The translations under genes were made by a program, and so were the position numbers. Positions 1-20,783 of a stretch of DNA of 64,000 bases are shown in pieces. Source of the stretch: Paraspadella gotoi (taxonomy: Eukaryota > Animalia > Chaetognatha); assembly GCA_051294375.1 (NCBI GenBank), contig CM119263.1, positions 25,511,367 through 25,575,366 on the forward strand, read 5' to 3'. The notes beneath the pieces were generated by a model. It had not been told where the DNA came from and ran no database searches. It was given only the letters and a program-made list of their open reading frames with translations. Numbering within the stretch: position 1 is the first letter of the stretch; each line of letters starts with the position of its first letter.

Positions 1-797
1 TAGATTTTATTTTCCCTTACTCCGTTTTTCGTTTCAACGAAATGTTATCATTTTTTAGTCATGAACGGTGATTGTTACTAAGAACAGATGGTCTTCTTTC
101 TGCAAGTCTCTTTGCTGATATTTATTAATACTCGCCGGCTGTGTTTTTGCATGTCATTTATTAAGCTAAAACAATATCAGTTACAACTAATATCAGCTTT
201 CGAGACGAATCTCAGTGGATAATATTGTTTGTTAGTTGTTTATCTAAATAAAACAGGTTTAGTTTTAACATTGCCGCTGTTTAGTCAACATGTTTGAGAG
301 AGGCAAAAATTAGAAACAATTTACGAAGCTAAGCGTAGCTCGATATCGAATATGCATCTATGGCCGAATGGCCATAATAATTTAAGATTGATGATATTTT
401 AAAAAATGATAACACAACACTAGACAACAGCATTGTCAATATAGCTGAAAAAAATTGTCAATTGATACTTCAACGCAGTAGACTAAAACTGCATGCGGAG
501 TTCCTATTAGACTATAAATACACGACTATTAGCTAATATTTGTGAGGCAAAAATGGCGATATATATTCAATCGATTAATTTTTGGCCCGATGATCTACAA
601 AAATGGCTATAAAACGCGTTCTTCACCATACTCTGGATATGACGGCCATTTCTTTGTCCGTAAAGAAGTGATAAGGTTGCCCTAAAGCTAAACCAAGCTC
701 AATGGATTTGATCGGACCGTCATCCGCGTTTTCTCGACGTCGCTAAAAGAGCACAAAAATGGCAATCACTGCTCGCACTTTTACAAAATCTCAGCGC

Positions 798-3700
798 TTA
801 AAAGTGACCAATTTTGCACCTGTAGCGACGGGACGATCCAAGAGGTGAGACGGGCGACGGAGGAGTCTGGTTGTCCGAAAACTTAGCGACTTCGACGTCG
901 TAACGAGAGCGAAAGTTGGTCCGAAAGGAGGCGCGGGAATCGAACTCGGGTAGCGTCGGTGTCCCAGGCGCGGTTGAGGACGTTGTTTGCCAGCAACATC
1001 TAAATGGCGACGCGTAGGGTACATACGGTAAGACGTTAGACATGAATATCTGGCAATTTGTTTTAATGGACATCGATACCTTAAAAATGATTGGCAATTA
1101 AGTTAAACCCAATTTTTTTTCGGTTTCTCTTTGCTGAAAAACGTTTTATACGAATCGAGCAGAGGTAAACTCATTTATTGGCTTATTTTTACATTCGCCG
1201 ACCGGGATTTTGCGGTCGGTTATTTTTTTTTCCGCTTTTTATGTATATAGATTTCGATATGCAATTATAAAAAAAATATTAATGAGAGTAAAAAAAAATT
1301 ATTATAAATCCTTAACCATACCTAACTCTAACCATAATCTTAATCCATAACCAACCTTAACCCAATTGCTTACCGTTTAAAAAATATAAAAATATTGTTT
1401 TTCTTTTTTTTAATTTTATTAAGAAACCTAAATTTTGGACATGTTTCGGCTTTAATGTAAACCTTTATCAGCGTAAAAACGAATTGTTTTCTGAAACAAA
1501 TATTTTTACAGATTTTAAAATTTGAAGAGAGAGAGAAAGTTTGAAAATATTTGTTTCACCAATCAATTCGTTTTTGTGCTGATGAAAGTTTACATTGAAG
1601 CTGAAATATGTCAAAAATATTTTTTTATAAAACTCGTACGTAAACATAATTTATTTATTACATCATATATAAAAATAGCAAATAAAATTATAAAATTTGT
1701 ATTACTGAACCAAAAAAATGTATATTGCGCAAACTGAGATTCGAAGCGAGAGGGAAAACAAAATTAAATGGATAAACAAAGCTCCGCCTGGTGGTAGCTA
1801 AAGTTGGTTGCGAACGTCGAATAGTAAAGTTACCCCATTCATTTTGAGTTGCGTCGCGAGTACTCGCGTTTTCGATAACTCTATAACTCACTTTTCGGTT
1901 GGTCTGTCGGTATGTCTGTCCTTTGGTTTGTCCCACGGTTTGTCCCACTTATTTAAAATATGTATATAATTTGTTTGTTTATAGTTGATTGCTCATTTGT
2001 TAGGACAGAAAAAAACCTTAAATCTAAGGGACTGCTAGTGTCGACTTCAGGAATTCCTAAAACTATAAAGAATAAAAGACGAATTTTGAAGCAGTGCATG
2101 TCATAAATATACGGGGAAAAAAAAGTTTTTTAGTCATGTCATGTCATATCATGTGATTTAAGAGAATACATATGAAAATAAAGTCACTGCGGCGCAACAC
2201 ATTGGAATTACCGTTTCTGTTCTATCCAAATCCACTCACTTGCAACAGCAGCACAAACTGAAGATGAGTCTGTCCCAGGGTTCCAAGCTTCGCATCCAAA
2301 CTGGCAGGAAATCCCACGTCGTCAAGAATCCTGGCAGAATCTCTTTGTGGTTGTTTTGCATAAAATTCAGCATAATAACGCCGACAACAGTGAAAATAAC
2401 TGTCGCGCCTGCGAGGACGATGAGTAAAATGAACGAGCAAAGCAAAAAACATTGGAATTATTCAAAAAACCTTTCTCACCAACGACGGAAAGGACGACGA
2501 CTCCGGCCATGGAAAAACAAAAGACCAAAAACGGAAACAGGAAAAACATAAATAACAAATAGACGGCGGCGAACCAACGATAACGAGCCGTCGTCTTCCC
2601 TGAAAAAAATAAGCCAAAGTAAAATTGCAAGATCACTTGTTTTACTATATTTGACTAAATTAGATTAAATTTTAAAATGAAAGTATGAAATTATGTATTA
2701 GATTTAATTATTAATTCCTTTATATTCTTTTTTATATTTGTTCTTTATATTTTTTTATAATGTAATTGGTGTTAGTGTTGTCTTCTGGAAATAGAGGGAG
2801 CATCTATATGAAAAGTCTATGTGAATAACTTTAAAAATTATGTGTTCATTAAATGATAAGATCTCTGTATAATGTATATTGTATAGTGTATAAATTGTAT
2901 ATGGGACAGTATATGGTGGTATATATATATATATATATATAAGAGGTAATAACATAGCAAAACTCTGCGAGCTTTCCATCGAGACTCTTTATAAATAGGT
3001 CTAGTGTAACAACTCCCAGAGTTCATAGTAGTGGAATAATTTTATGAACGGTTTCTATTGTATAACAAGTGAGTGGTCTTTTCATACTTCACTATTCTTA
3101 CTATTTTAGTATGTATGTATGTATTCCTACTTCCTTTCGCGGCTTTCGCTTTGTTTACGCGCAATTTTACTTTCCTAGAGATCTCAAAATGAATTGCGAT
3201 TTGTTTGGGTGTAGGAAATGTTTTTCTCGGCATATTCCTTCTTTCGTTCTCACTCAAAGAGTAGATGGCTCTTGTAAAGAGGAAAACATTTTTTTTTTTA
3301 GATTTTCATATTTTCCCTCCTTTCCAAGGATGTTTTTGTTTTTATTTTCGTTTTCTATTTTGGGGGGGGGACGAGGAAATGTACGCGTTTCGTTCCCACC
3401 TAAATATTTGGCGGCGTTGATGGGAAGGGACCTCATTTGTGGAATCGGAAAGAACAACAAGATTCCGGAAATGTTGAAGAGCAAATGGCAGAGGGCGATG
3501 GTGACGGCGGAATGGGTTTTGGCGCCGGATGAGGCGAGGGCCGCCAAGATGGCCGTCACCTGCGGGAAAATATTTCGGAGCGTATTCGAGTATACTTCAC
3601 ATTTTAACTCGCCAGGGTCTTAATAACCGGTCAATCTCACCGTTGTGCCGACGTTTGAGCCGAGAGTCAACGGAAACGCCCTCTCGACGGTGATGGCGCC

Positions 3701-6700
3701 GACGCCGATCAACGGCGTCAAAGTCGACGTGAAGATCGACGAACTTTGGACCAAAACCGTCATCACGGCGCCGACCAAGATCGCCGCGTATCCTTGAACC
3801 AACGAGTCGTTAATCAATGATAATCAAAATTGCACAAAGAAATAGGACGGCCTGATCATGTTTTAAGACATACCTGTCAGGAATGAGAAAGGTTCGGGAA
3901 AGTCGGCGTTGATATATCGAGCCACGCCCTTCGAAACGCTGCCCTTGAAAACGCTCTGCAACACTTTGACCAACAACAACAAACAAGAACAGAGAATCAT
4001 GAGCGAAAAGACGAGGACGACGACTCCGGCCGCCGCGTCGCTCAGCTGAGGGAACAGAGCCATGAAATGGTCGCCTGAAAACCATTATGATTAACCTTGA
4101 GGTTATGAATTTAAGAAAAAAAAGTAATCACCCCCCCAAAAAAATCTGCTTAATTGCAATTGGTCCAAAATTGAAAAATTGTCGCGTTAAGCTAAAAAGA
4201 TTATGATAGGAGGCTAATTATAAACCTATCGGCAGTTGGCCGATGACAATGATTTTTAGTTGCGCCGGGAGTACTCGCGGAGCAACTCCATAATTCATAA
4301 ATCACTTTTCGGTCGGTCGGTCGATATGCTGTCCATTACATTAAAAATACTTAATTCTTTATCAATTAAGTCTATTTTTGGTATGAAGGTAAGGGACCAT
4401 AAGACGTTTAAAGTGCATATATATCATACTTGTAAAGTCACGTGATCACCTTAAAAATCGATCAACTGACCCAAAATTTAATTCCTTGTTCTTTTGTAAT
4501 TTTTGCAGAGCGGGAAGGAACCTCAAATGTAGGCAAATGTTAGCGACACCTTTTGTTTTTAAATAAGATGAAGAATAAAAGATGTTTTCAGATGCAGTGC
4601 GCGTCGAAAATACATATAACAAAAAAATACACATAATAAGAAAGTCACTGCGGCGCAACACACATTGGAATCTCCCTTCTTGTTTTTTATCACCAGATAA
4701 TATACCGGCGACAAATGACGCAATAACCCAATGAAGCACTTACATAAAAAAAAAATAATTGAACGCATCACAAATTTGCGTGAATGACAATGACAATTAA
4801 AAGAGGCTTACATTGCGAGAGGACCGGCCTCTCTGAGACCAATTCTTCCTGGCGGCTTTGATTAGCACCATATCCAGAGTCGTTGATATTTGTCGCCGTC
4901 GAGTTGAGATCGAAAACTTCAATGGAAGACTTTTGCGTCAAGTTGGTCTCAACTGTTATTTAAATTAAATTTTAATGAATAAAAAGTAGTGAATATATTT
5001 TATTGTACAAAGGGGGGGAAGAAATACTAACTACGAGAAAATAGAAACAAAAATATGTACATTATGAAAAGTATGAAAAAACACCAACAAATGAATAAAC
5101 AAAATATAATGAAATTGGTACAACCAATATAAAAATTATCCATTCATTTAATAAATAAGCTATCTTGCCCCTGACTTTGGACAGGCTTTGGTGGTTTAAG
5201 GCCTCCATCACTCTTACAAGATAATGACATAGCAGGTCCCTGCAAGCTTTCAATAAAGACTCTCTCACAGTCTCGTTTATAATTATAATCATGGTAATTA
5301 TCCTTTCTTTTTCGTTGTTTGAGAGATTAACAAAGTTTGATTTTATTTTTTTGATGAAGGCTCGTATTGTGAGCCGAAACATGTCTGCTCTTGTAAAATA
5401 AAATTCGTTGCAAAAATAAAATCAAACTTTGTTAATAATTATAATCATAATATAACAAAAGTTATATAAAAGATCAAATAATTAATAATATTAAAAGTAC
5501 ATAAAAGCTTAATTGATCAATTATCAGCCATTTGTACGTCGTTCATCCACACTTCACGGCCTCACCTTCTTCAAGACGCAACGAGCGAAACGGCGTCCTG
5601 TCGTCGTCAATGGCAACGAAGCTCAATCTTTGCACGCAGGTCGTCTTTAGGATGCGTTTATCCTTCACCGAAGGGTCGCCCAAAGCGATGCCCTGGATCA
5701 CTCGGCTGTCCAACTGAAATCAAGGTACAGTGTGAACACCGATTAAACGTCACTGCACGGGAAAAATATTTTAAAAATTATTACGTATTATTGTTATTAT
5801 TGTTTTTATTAGATTATTATTTTTTTCCAAAGAAAACAAGAATAGTATCTGTGCCAGCGTCCCAAGCTTCCCGCCCTCCGCCACAAACGAAATCGTTGGA
5901 CAACAGCAATAGATCAATCTCACCTGTACGAACTTTTTGGTGAGCGGTTTGGTCAGTTTTTTGAGAAAATCGATCTTCAGTGATCTTTTCGCTTCTCGGT
6001 TTTGCATAGATTTCTCGTCCCCAACAAAAAGGTAGGTGAAATGTTGCAGGACGTGAAAAGCGCATTCTGTGGATCACGTGAGAATCGTGAATAAAAAAAA
6101 GGAGTCTTTGTTCGGGAATCTCGGTGCCATTACCCAGCGGAAGCATGACGCCGACGGTGAGCCAGTTGAACATGTCGTGGACGGTGGCGCCGGCGAAGGC
6201 GCGTTCGAACTCCAGCGTGTCGCCAGAGTGCGCCATCGATACGAGAGTGTTGGTGAAGGAAGTCCCGATATTGGCGCCCATCACGATCGGGATGGCGGAG
6301 GGAACCTCGATAACTGGCGGTAATTGAATTAAGTGATTGGTTGATTGATTGATATAGATACTATTCTCTGAAGAGAGAAAAAGGCATTATCTTTCCCAAA
6401 CCTATCACTTGACAGGAATTAAAATTTATTTCCGATTTCTTTTAAAAGGTTTGTTAAATATGAGCGCAAGTGAAGGAGCCTTAACCGATTGATTGTTTGG
6501 TCAAACTTCCTCAAATAACAATAGGAAGAAGGCATAATGAAGGACACGATAGAGTGATTTATTTTTGATTTTACGGCCGCCAGAGAATTTTTTATTTAAT
6601 AATTAGCAATACAATCACAGATTTTTACTCTGATCGTCTGGTCAAACTTACTTCCGGAGGAAACCATCGCCACGACAATGGAGGTCGAAGTGGATGAGCT

Positions 6701-7871
6701 TTGGACGCAAACTGTGGCGAGGACTCCGATCATGAGTCCGGCCACGGGATTCGATAAGAGGGGGTTGTCGTTGAAGAAGCTGCCCGTCAGATGTCCACCT
6801 TTATTATAAAATGATATATTGTGGCGGTATATTCACACCGCCTCACGTCCATCAGCGGGGTGCCAATTCCATTGGCTCAGAGGGGAACGCACCATCCCAG
6901 GCGTTGCGCTCCATCCATAGTCCTAACGGCTCCCCTCTGCGTTGGCAAAACGAGACCGTCCTTGGGTAACCGCGCCATTGACAGCAGGCGTCACTGAGGG
7001 TCTGAAGCCCCCAAAGCTTATGGGCATCACAGGTAACCCGGCTGTTAATATACTATATATATAATATACTATTTTTACTATACAGTAGTGTCGTATTCTT
7101 TTCCCCGCTAATTTCAATTTGTTCTTCAAAATAAAAAAAATTATTTTAAAATTATATTACAAAATAAAATTTCTGATTGTATTAAACTAAAAAAAAAAAA
7201 ACAATGGCTTGAATTTTTTTTTTCACATAAACAAAGGTAGAAAAATATATTGTTAATTCGCTCAATCTTTTTTCATGGCTCCACCCTATTAAACAGGCGG
7301 AAAACGGTTTTTGTTTTCTGCTCTCATATACATATAACCTTTTAAATACATAATATTATATATAGTTAAAAGAGACCTCGACCTCACCCAAAAGCCTAAA
7401 TCCGGAGGTAAGGATATCCAGTGAACAAATGAAACAGTAGAGTAGTAGAATCACCGCTGCCAGTTTTCCTCCTCCTTGCAATATCACCTTCCAATTTTTC
7501 CATCGGTTCTTTCCGCCTGGAACTTTTTAAGAATATTAAAATAATAATATTAATATTAAAAATGTTTATTAAACGTCAACGAATATTAAAATTATTAAAA
7601 AGTTTACAAAATTGAATGAAACATAAGTATTAACTAATTAGTTTTTTTTCATAATTGAAATAAATAAAATTATATTAACATTTCAGTAAGTAAAAACAAT
7701 ATATTTTAGTTATGGGGCTTTCTAAATTCCATGCTTACTCGCTGCGGCGTCGTCAACGTCGCTCTCACAGCCTGCAGCGCCATCTTCCGTATCGTTGGGC
7801 TTCTCCACAAAATGATATCGACCCTTTGCATCGCGACAAACCTCCAAGCCGGTCGAGACAGGTCTGGACAT
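798..7871 (-). CDS. SLC34A: Sodium-dependent phosphate cotransporter, SLC34/NaPi-II family (multi-exon)
   Basis: Spliced exons give [20 protein letters not shown] (~7390-7520), [31 protein letters not shown] (~6655-6795), MGANIGTS...[17 protein letters not shown] (~6135-6310), the second repeat [16 protein letters not shown]...[11 protein letters not shown] (~3640-3797), [14 protein letters not shown] and [15 protein letters not shown]. Probable ATG at 7871. AA|GTGAGT at ~2239 splices in phase to TTTAG|A at 999, giving a Cys-rich tail (CCCCK-CCWQ...) ending at 798. The first and last exons are less certain. Confidence 0.93.
1438..1612. ncRNA. Outward-facing inverted pair of degenerate hammerhead motifs
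   Basis: Minus strand 1438-1471: CTGATAAAGGTTTACATTAAAGCCGAAACATGTC. Plus strand 1579-1612: CTGATGAAAGTTTACATTGAAGCTGAAATATGTC. The ~70-bp arms 1438-1508 and 1543-1612 are inverted copies. Confidence 0.6.
4258..4684 (+). mobile_element. HINE-like family 2 (also at 1847-2221 +, 35611-35899 -, partial 54108-54228 -)
   Basis: 5' near-palindrome AGTTGCGCCG(C/G)GAGTACTCGCGGAGCAACT after a T-run, a GGTC/GTCT microsatellite, 3' sub-TIR GCGGCGCAAC, a short GAA..TTC stem and CTTGTT end. Confidence 0.68.
5333..5430 (+). ncRNA. Hammerhead motif remnant with short inverted flanks
   Basis: TTGATGA-A-GGCTC/gtattgt/GAGCC-GAAACATGTC at 5351-5385, flanked by AAAGTTTGATTTTATTTTT and AAAAATAAAATCAAACTTT. Confidence 0.6.
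6818..7045 (-). repeat. GC-rich ~220-bp dispersed repeat (also 12373-12573 + and 57768-57985 -)
   Basis: Shared GGGATGGTGCGTTCCCC(C)TCTGAGCCAATGG block, CTCAGTGGCGCC-like block and terminal hairpin GGCGGT-N8-ACCGCC followed by ACAAT. Confidence 0.75.
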
Positions 7872-8589
7872 AACACTGGCGATTTGAGAAAGAGAATTAA
7901 AAAAAGGAATTCAGGAAATTGAAAGAGAAATGTGAAACGTGATTAATTTCCAATTTGTTTCGTGTCTCAGTGGGGTAGTATTTTATTTTTTCTTGAAATT
8001 GAAAACGTCAATATTCACTAATTCCACACCTGCTTCTCTAAAAGTTAAATATCCTTGTTGGTAATGAAAATTTTTTTTGAGGAAATTGAACTCCTTCACG
8101 TCATCAAAGTCGAAAACGAACGAAGTGGGGAAATTCTATCGGAACGTGCAATTGGAATTTGGAATATTCCCTCTTTGAGATTAATTAAAATCTGAGGCGG
8201 ACGTAATGATTTCCCAAAAAAGTTCATTGACTCTCCTCCGTCGAAAGCATATTTTTAGTTATATTTTTAGTTATAATTATTGCTGGCTTTCTTTATTTTA
8301 TTTTTCATTTTCGTTTATTCTTTTACTACTTCATTATTTAGACTACCGGTCCACATTCAGTATCATGTTTCACAGGAATCCATGCCAAATAATATTCAAC
8401 AATCATACGTTAAATGGTCTTTTAAACTTAATATTTCGAGTTCATTCGTTCTCGAGAAAAGAGAATCCACCCTCAAGCGCTCATCGTTAAAACATCCAAG
8501 TTGCCCAAATAAGGAAATCATCATCATTTCAATCGCTCTCTCACGTCAGTGACGACAGCAACGAAAACCTCGGAGCTCATCGCGCGGGA

Positions 8590-8850
8590 ACTCACCTTTA
8601 ACGAAAACCCATAAGATGAAATGCTCCTTCCTAGGACTTCGACGAAATTTCTTTCGGCCCTTTATTTTTACGCTTGCTTCAAGGTTACGAGATGACGTCA
8701 CCCGGGAGCCACCGGGGCTTCGAGCGGAGAATTTCGCCAATCGGAGGATTTTAGGACTAGAAAATTGGCCAATGGGATTCTTAGAAACCCACGCGACGGA
8801 TGCGGTGCGAAGGCAGTGGTGGGGTGCATTGGTGTTGCGGAGGTAGCGAG
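8590..8850. promoter_or_regulatory. Putative divergent promoter between the SLC34 and G-alpha genes
   Basis: GC-richer island with a perfect CRE TGACGTCA (8693-8700) and CCAAT/ATTGG boxes (~8737, ~8764-8773, ~8828). A minus-strand donor AAAG|GTGAGT at 8595 fits a 5' UTR exon of SLC34. The island lies between head-to-head genes. Confidence 0.45.
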
Positions 8851-9501
8851 TGTGGTGCGGCGTTTTATTGCACAACCGCAACTTTTTATATTCATGTGTT
8901 TGATTCTTAACTGGTTTTCTTATTCATGTTTTTACAATTTTTTACTTTAAACGAGAAACATCGGACTCTTGTACCCGTCACGAAAGTCCGATTGGGCCAA
9001 AGGTTATGGAAAGGAAAATGAAAGGAAAGAAAAGAAAAGGAAAAAAGTTTATGATATTGTATAACGGACGGAGATAATGGAGGTAATTGTGTCCGTTTTA
9101 TGGGCTCAAATTATGACGGTCGAACAATGGAAATGCTCTTATCTTTCTCAACTCATCCAAATAAACTATTTTGTGCCACGGTCATAATAGATGATAGAAT
9201 AATATTTAAACGACTATTTTATCTATTCATTATACAGTATGGACTGAATGATATACAGTATATACCTATTTATGTATATATGTATTAATCTTTTTATTGA
9301 TTCTTTCGCAAATTAGTCGTTTGTATTGACGTTTGCAATTGGATTTCGCTCAAGCTTCATAAAAGAAAAAAGTTCATAGTTTTTCGCATGAGGAAATCAT
9401 TTCGGCATTAAAAGGGCGATCAAGAGTCGATTGACAGTCGATTGAGAATTAATTAAATCCCCTCTCGTTTTATTCGTCCGATAATATCTATCTATCTATC
9501 T

Positions 9502-9616
9502 CTCACTCACTCACTCACTCACTCACTCACTCACTCACTCACTCACTCACTCACTCACTCACTCACTCACTCACTCACTCACTCACTCACTCACTCACTC
9601 ACTCACTCACTCACTC
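9502..9616. repeat. (CTCA)n microsatellite
   Basis: Perfect tetranucleotide run. Confidence 0.95.
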
Positions 9617-10028
9617 TTACTCCTATTTTTATGATTGGCGTATCTCGACGCCAAGTATCTCCTAGTCCAATCAGGTCACTAGTTGACAATCAGTCTCGCT
9701 TGCAGCTCGTTTTAAAACGCTCAGTTCAAAATTCAAAGATTTTTTTTCCTCGAATGAGGGTAGAGACGCGACCGATCGATAGTCCACGTCTTTCTCTTTA
9801 ATTCTTCGGCGTCTTGTCCCGTAACTAAATCCGCACATTTGCATCGTTACGATCCAGAACCAATTCATACTCAGAAGGAGATGATGGTATAAGGGCACCA
9901 GCATGATAACTCTGAGATCTTCTTCCGTGGTTCCGTTCTCTAAATTTCGCCGAATAGCCCTTACAAAAAAGATACAAAATAAAAATAAATAATAGTTTAA
10001 ATCATACAATTATTTGTGAAAAAAAGTG

Positions 10029-18677
<8,649 letters not shown>

Positions 18678-19211
18678 CTTTTTGTTTCGGGGATTACCGT
18701 TTTTTTTTCTTTTTGCTTTCTTTTTGTTTTGGAGATATTTTCTTTCTTTGAAACCCTAGGGTTTGAAAAAAAAAAAGAAATATAATTATTTTCTCGAAAC
18801 TTTTCCATTTTCAAACGCATTTTGAAAGGAAGGCAGAAATACAAGCGCAGACCGAAAACGAATTAATTTCGCCTCGTCACCAGCAGACGACGGAGAAGAA
18901 AAGGACGGGATCCGTTTATATGTATTGAATTTTCGTTATATGTAATCTTTGGATTTAGTTATGAAATTGAAATTATAATAAAAACATCGTGCTCAAAACT
19001 AATATTCAATCCATTTACGATTCAGGGTATTTATTATTAGTTTGTCATTGTAGCTATGACATCCCCAATAAATCACTCGTCGTTTTACCGATCATTTCCA
19101 GTCCAGTTAATTGGCATTGATAACATTTTTTTCAACCGGCGGAAGATTCGTCGGTTTTCATGATGCGAATGACAATATCGTTCCTCTTTTATTTTATATC
19201 TTTTTTTTTTT

Positions 19212-19803
19212 AGCCAGATCTGCAGATTCCGGCTCGATAATTCACTTTGTCGCCACCTATTATCTTGTCGGTAAGTCACATATATCATCTCAGCTGATCA
19301 GAACATCGAAAATTATGCAAACAACATGATTTCCGTCTGTCCGTCCGTCTCCCCTTTGCTTTGAACGCCAATCAATCATGTGTGGATTGGGCGATTAACT
19401 TGAATTTTTTTGTGTGTTTAAAAAATGTGTGATTAAGCAGGAAATCAAGTTTCGATGGAATCGTCCGAGTGGAAATGAGTTTAAATGAAAAAAAACAACT
19501 GTGTCACTATTGTATTATCTTTTTTTACATCAAATGTAAATGTCAGTTACATTAATTATTCATTCAATCAATCATTCAATTAATCATCGTCTATGTTATG
19601 TCGTCCTCGTCATCGCCATCATAGTCGTCGTTGCTTTTGTCGTGCTCAGTGACATGACGAGCAGACCTAAAAACAAACAAGTTTGTGCAAAAAATTAATC
19701 ATTTAATTAATTAATTAATGTGTAATTAATTAATCTTTTAACTAATGAATTAAATACCGCTAATGATCGTGGGCAGATCCGGCATTGTTTGTTCAAACTT
19801 GTT
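19212..19803 (+). mobile_element. DINE-1/HINE-like non-autonomous Helentron-type element, family 1 (full-length copy)
   Basis: Begins after a T-run with AGCCAGATCTGC and its adjacent inverted partner GCAGATTCCGGCT. Contains a GTCY microsatellite and a central repeat (GTTTCGATGGAATCGTCCGAGTGGAAATGAG). Ends with sub-TIR GCAGATCCGGC, a GTTTG..CAAAC hairpin and CTTGTT. Confidence 0.75.
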
Positions 19804-20783
19804 CAGTTGCGACTGAACCGTAAATTTTTCGCTTCGTTGAACTTCAACTTGAAGTGAATTCTGCTTTTCTAAAAAAATTGTCTCCATTCGACCTAAGGAG
19901 GAGTGATGAGTACGATCAAGTTGATTCTCGACCAGTTTAGTTCCACACAGACAGGCCAGAGTGCCGCCTGTTAGTTACTAATTGCAGAACATGGGATTTA
20001 ACTGTAGTCAGTGGTTAGACGTAACTACTTGGGTACTATTAGTAGTCGCGTCACGCGAGCAATGACATCGATAGGGCGTGAAGCCAACGCAGTTGGTGGG
20101 AAGAGAGAAGGCTCGCTGTTACGTCACCGAAGGTAAATGCGTTGTCACTCCAGGTTATTTTTAAGTTTCTTTAGCCTTTAGTTTGAGAAAAGAAAATTTT
20201 ATGTTTGGTTTACAAACAACGATTTTATCAGAGAAACAAATAACAGACATGTTTCGGCTTTAATGTAATGTAAAAAAAAAAGGAAATTTTTTTCTCTCAA
20301 ACTAATTCTAAAACGCAACGAAAGAAAGCATTCACACAAAGTTTCTTAATCCAAAAATATTTAGAATGGCAACAAATTCATTCTAAGAACTCGATTCACG
20401 TTTTTTGATTGCTCGTGCTTATATTTATTAAAATTGTGGTTTCTAGAATTAATATTGGGGGCGTCTATTTTTTTTTTATTGCTACAATAAAAAGAAAGCA
20501 AACAAAGATGAACAGAAACGTTAAAAATGTCAGTATTAAACAGTTAATTTTATAAGAATATTCCGAATTACTACTGGAATTATATTATCATCGATTCTCC
20601 ACGATTACAACCAACACAAATTCGTTAAATTCTGCGTTCGTTTTAACTGGGAATCGAATTGCGATATGCTGGTACCGTTGATAGTGGCCCAGCGAATTGA
20701 TACTGCCAGTTACTAAAAAAAAGTCAAACATTCGATTTTATTTTAAAATATTTTTTTAGAGAAAGTATTAAAATATTTCGAAA

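Noticed and set aside
5062-5382. Similar ORFs ([21 protein letters not shown]) here and at 23544-23771 as a small gene family
   Set aside because: They are translations of a dispersed repeat whose copies carry frameshifts and lie in introns in both orientations.
19446-19480. Central repeat of HINE family 1 (reverse complement CGGACGATTCCATCGAAAC) as a hammerhead core
   Set aside because: It lacks CTGANGA and proper flanking stems; the resemblance is limited to GAAAC.
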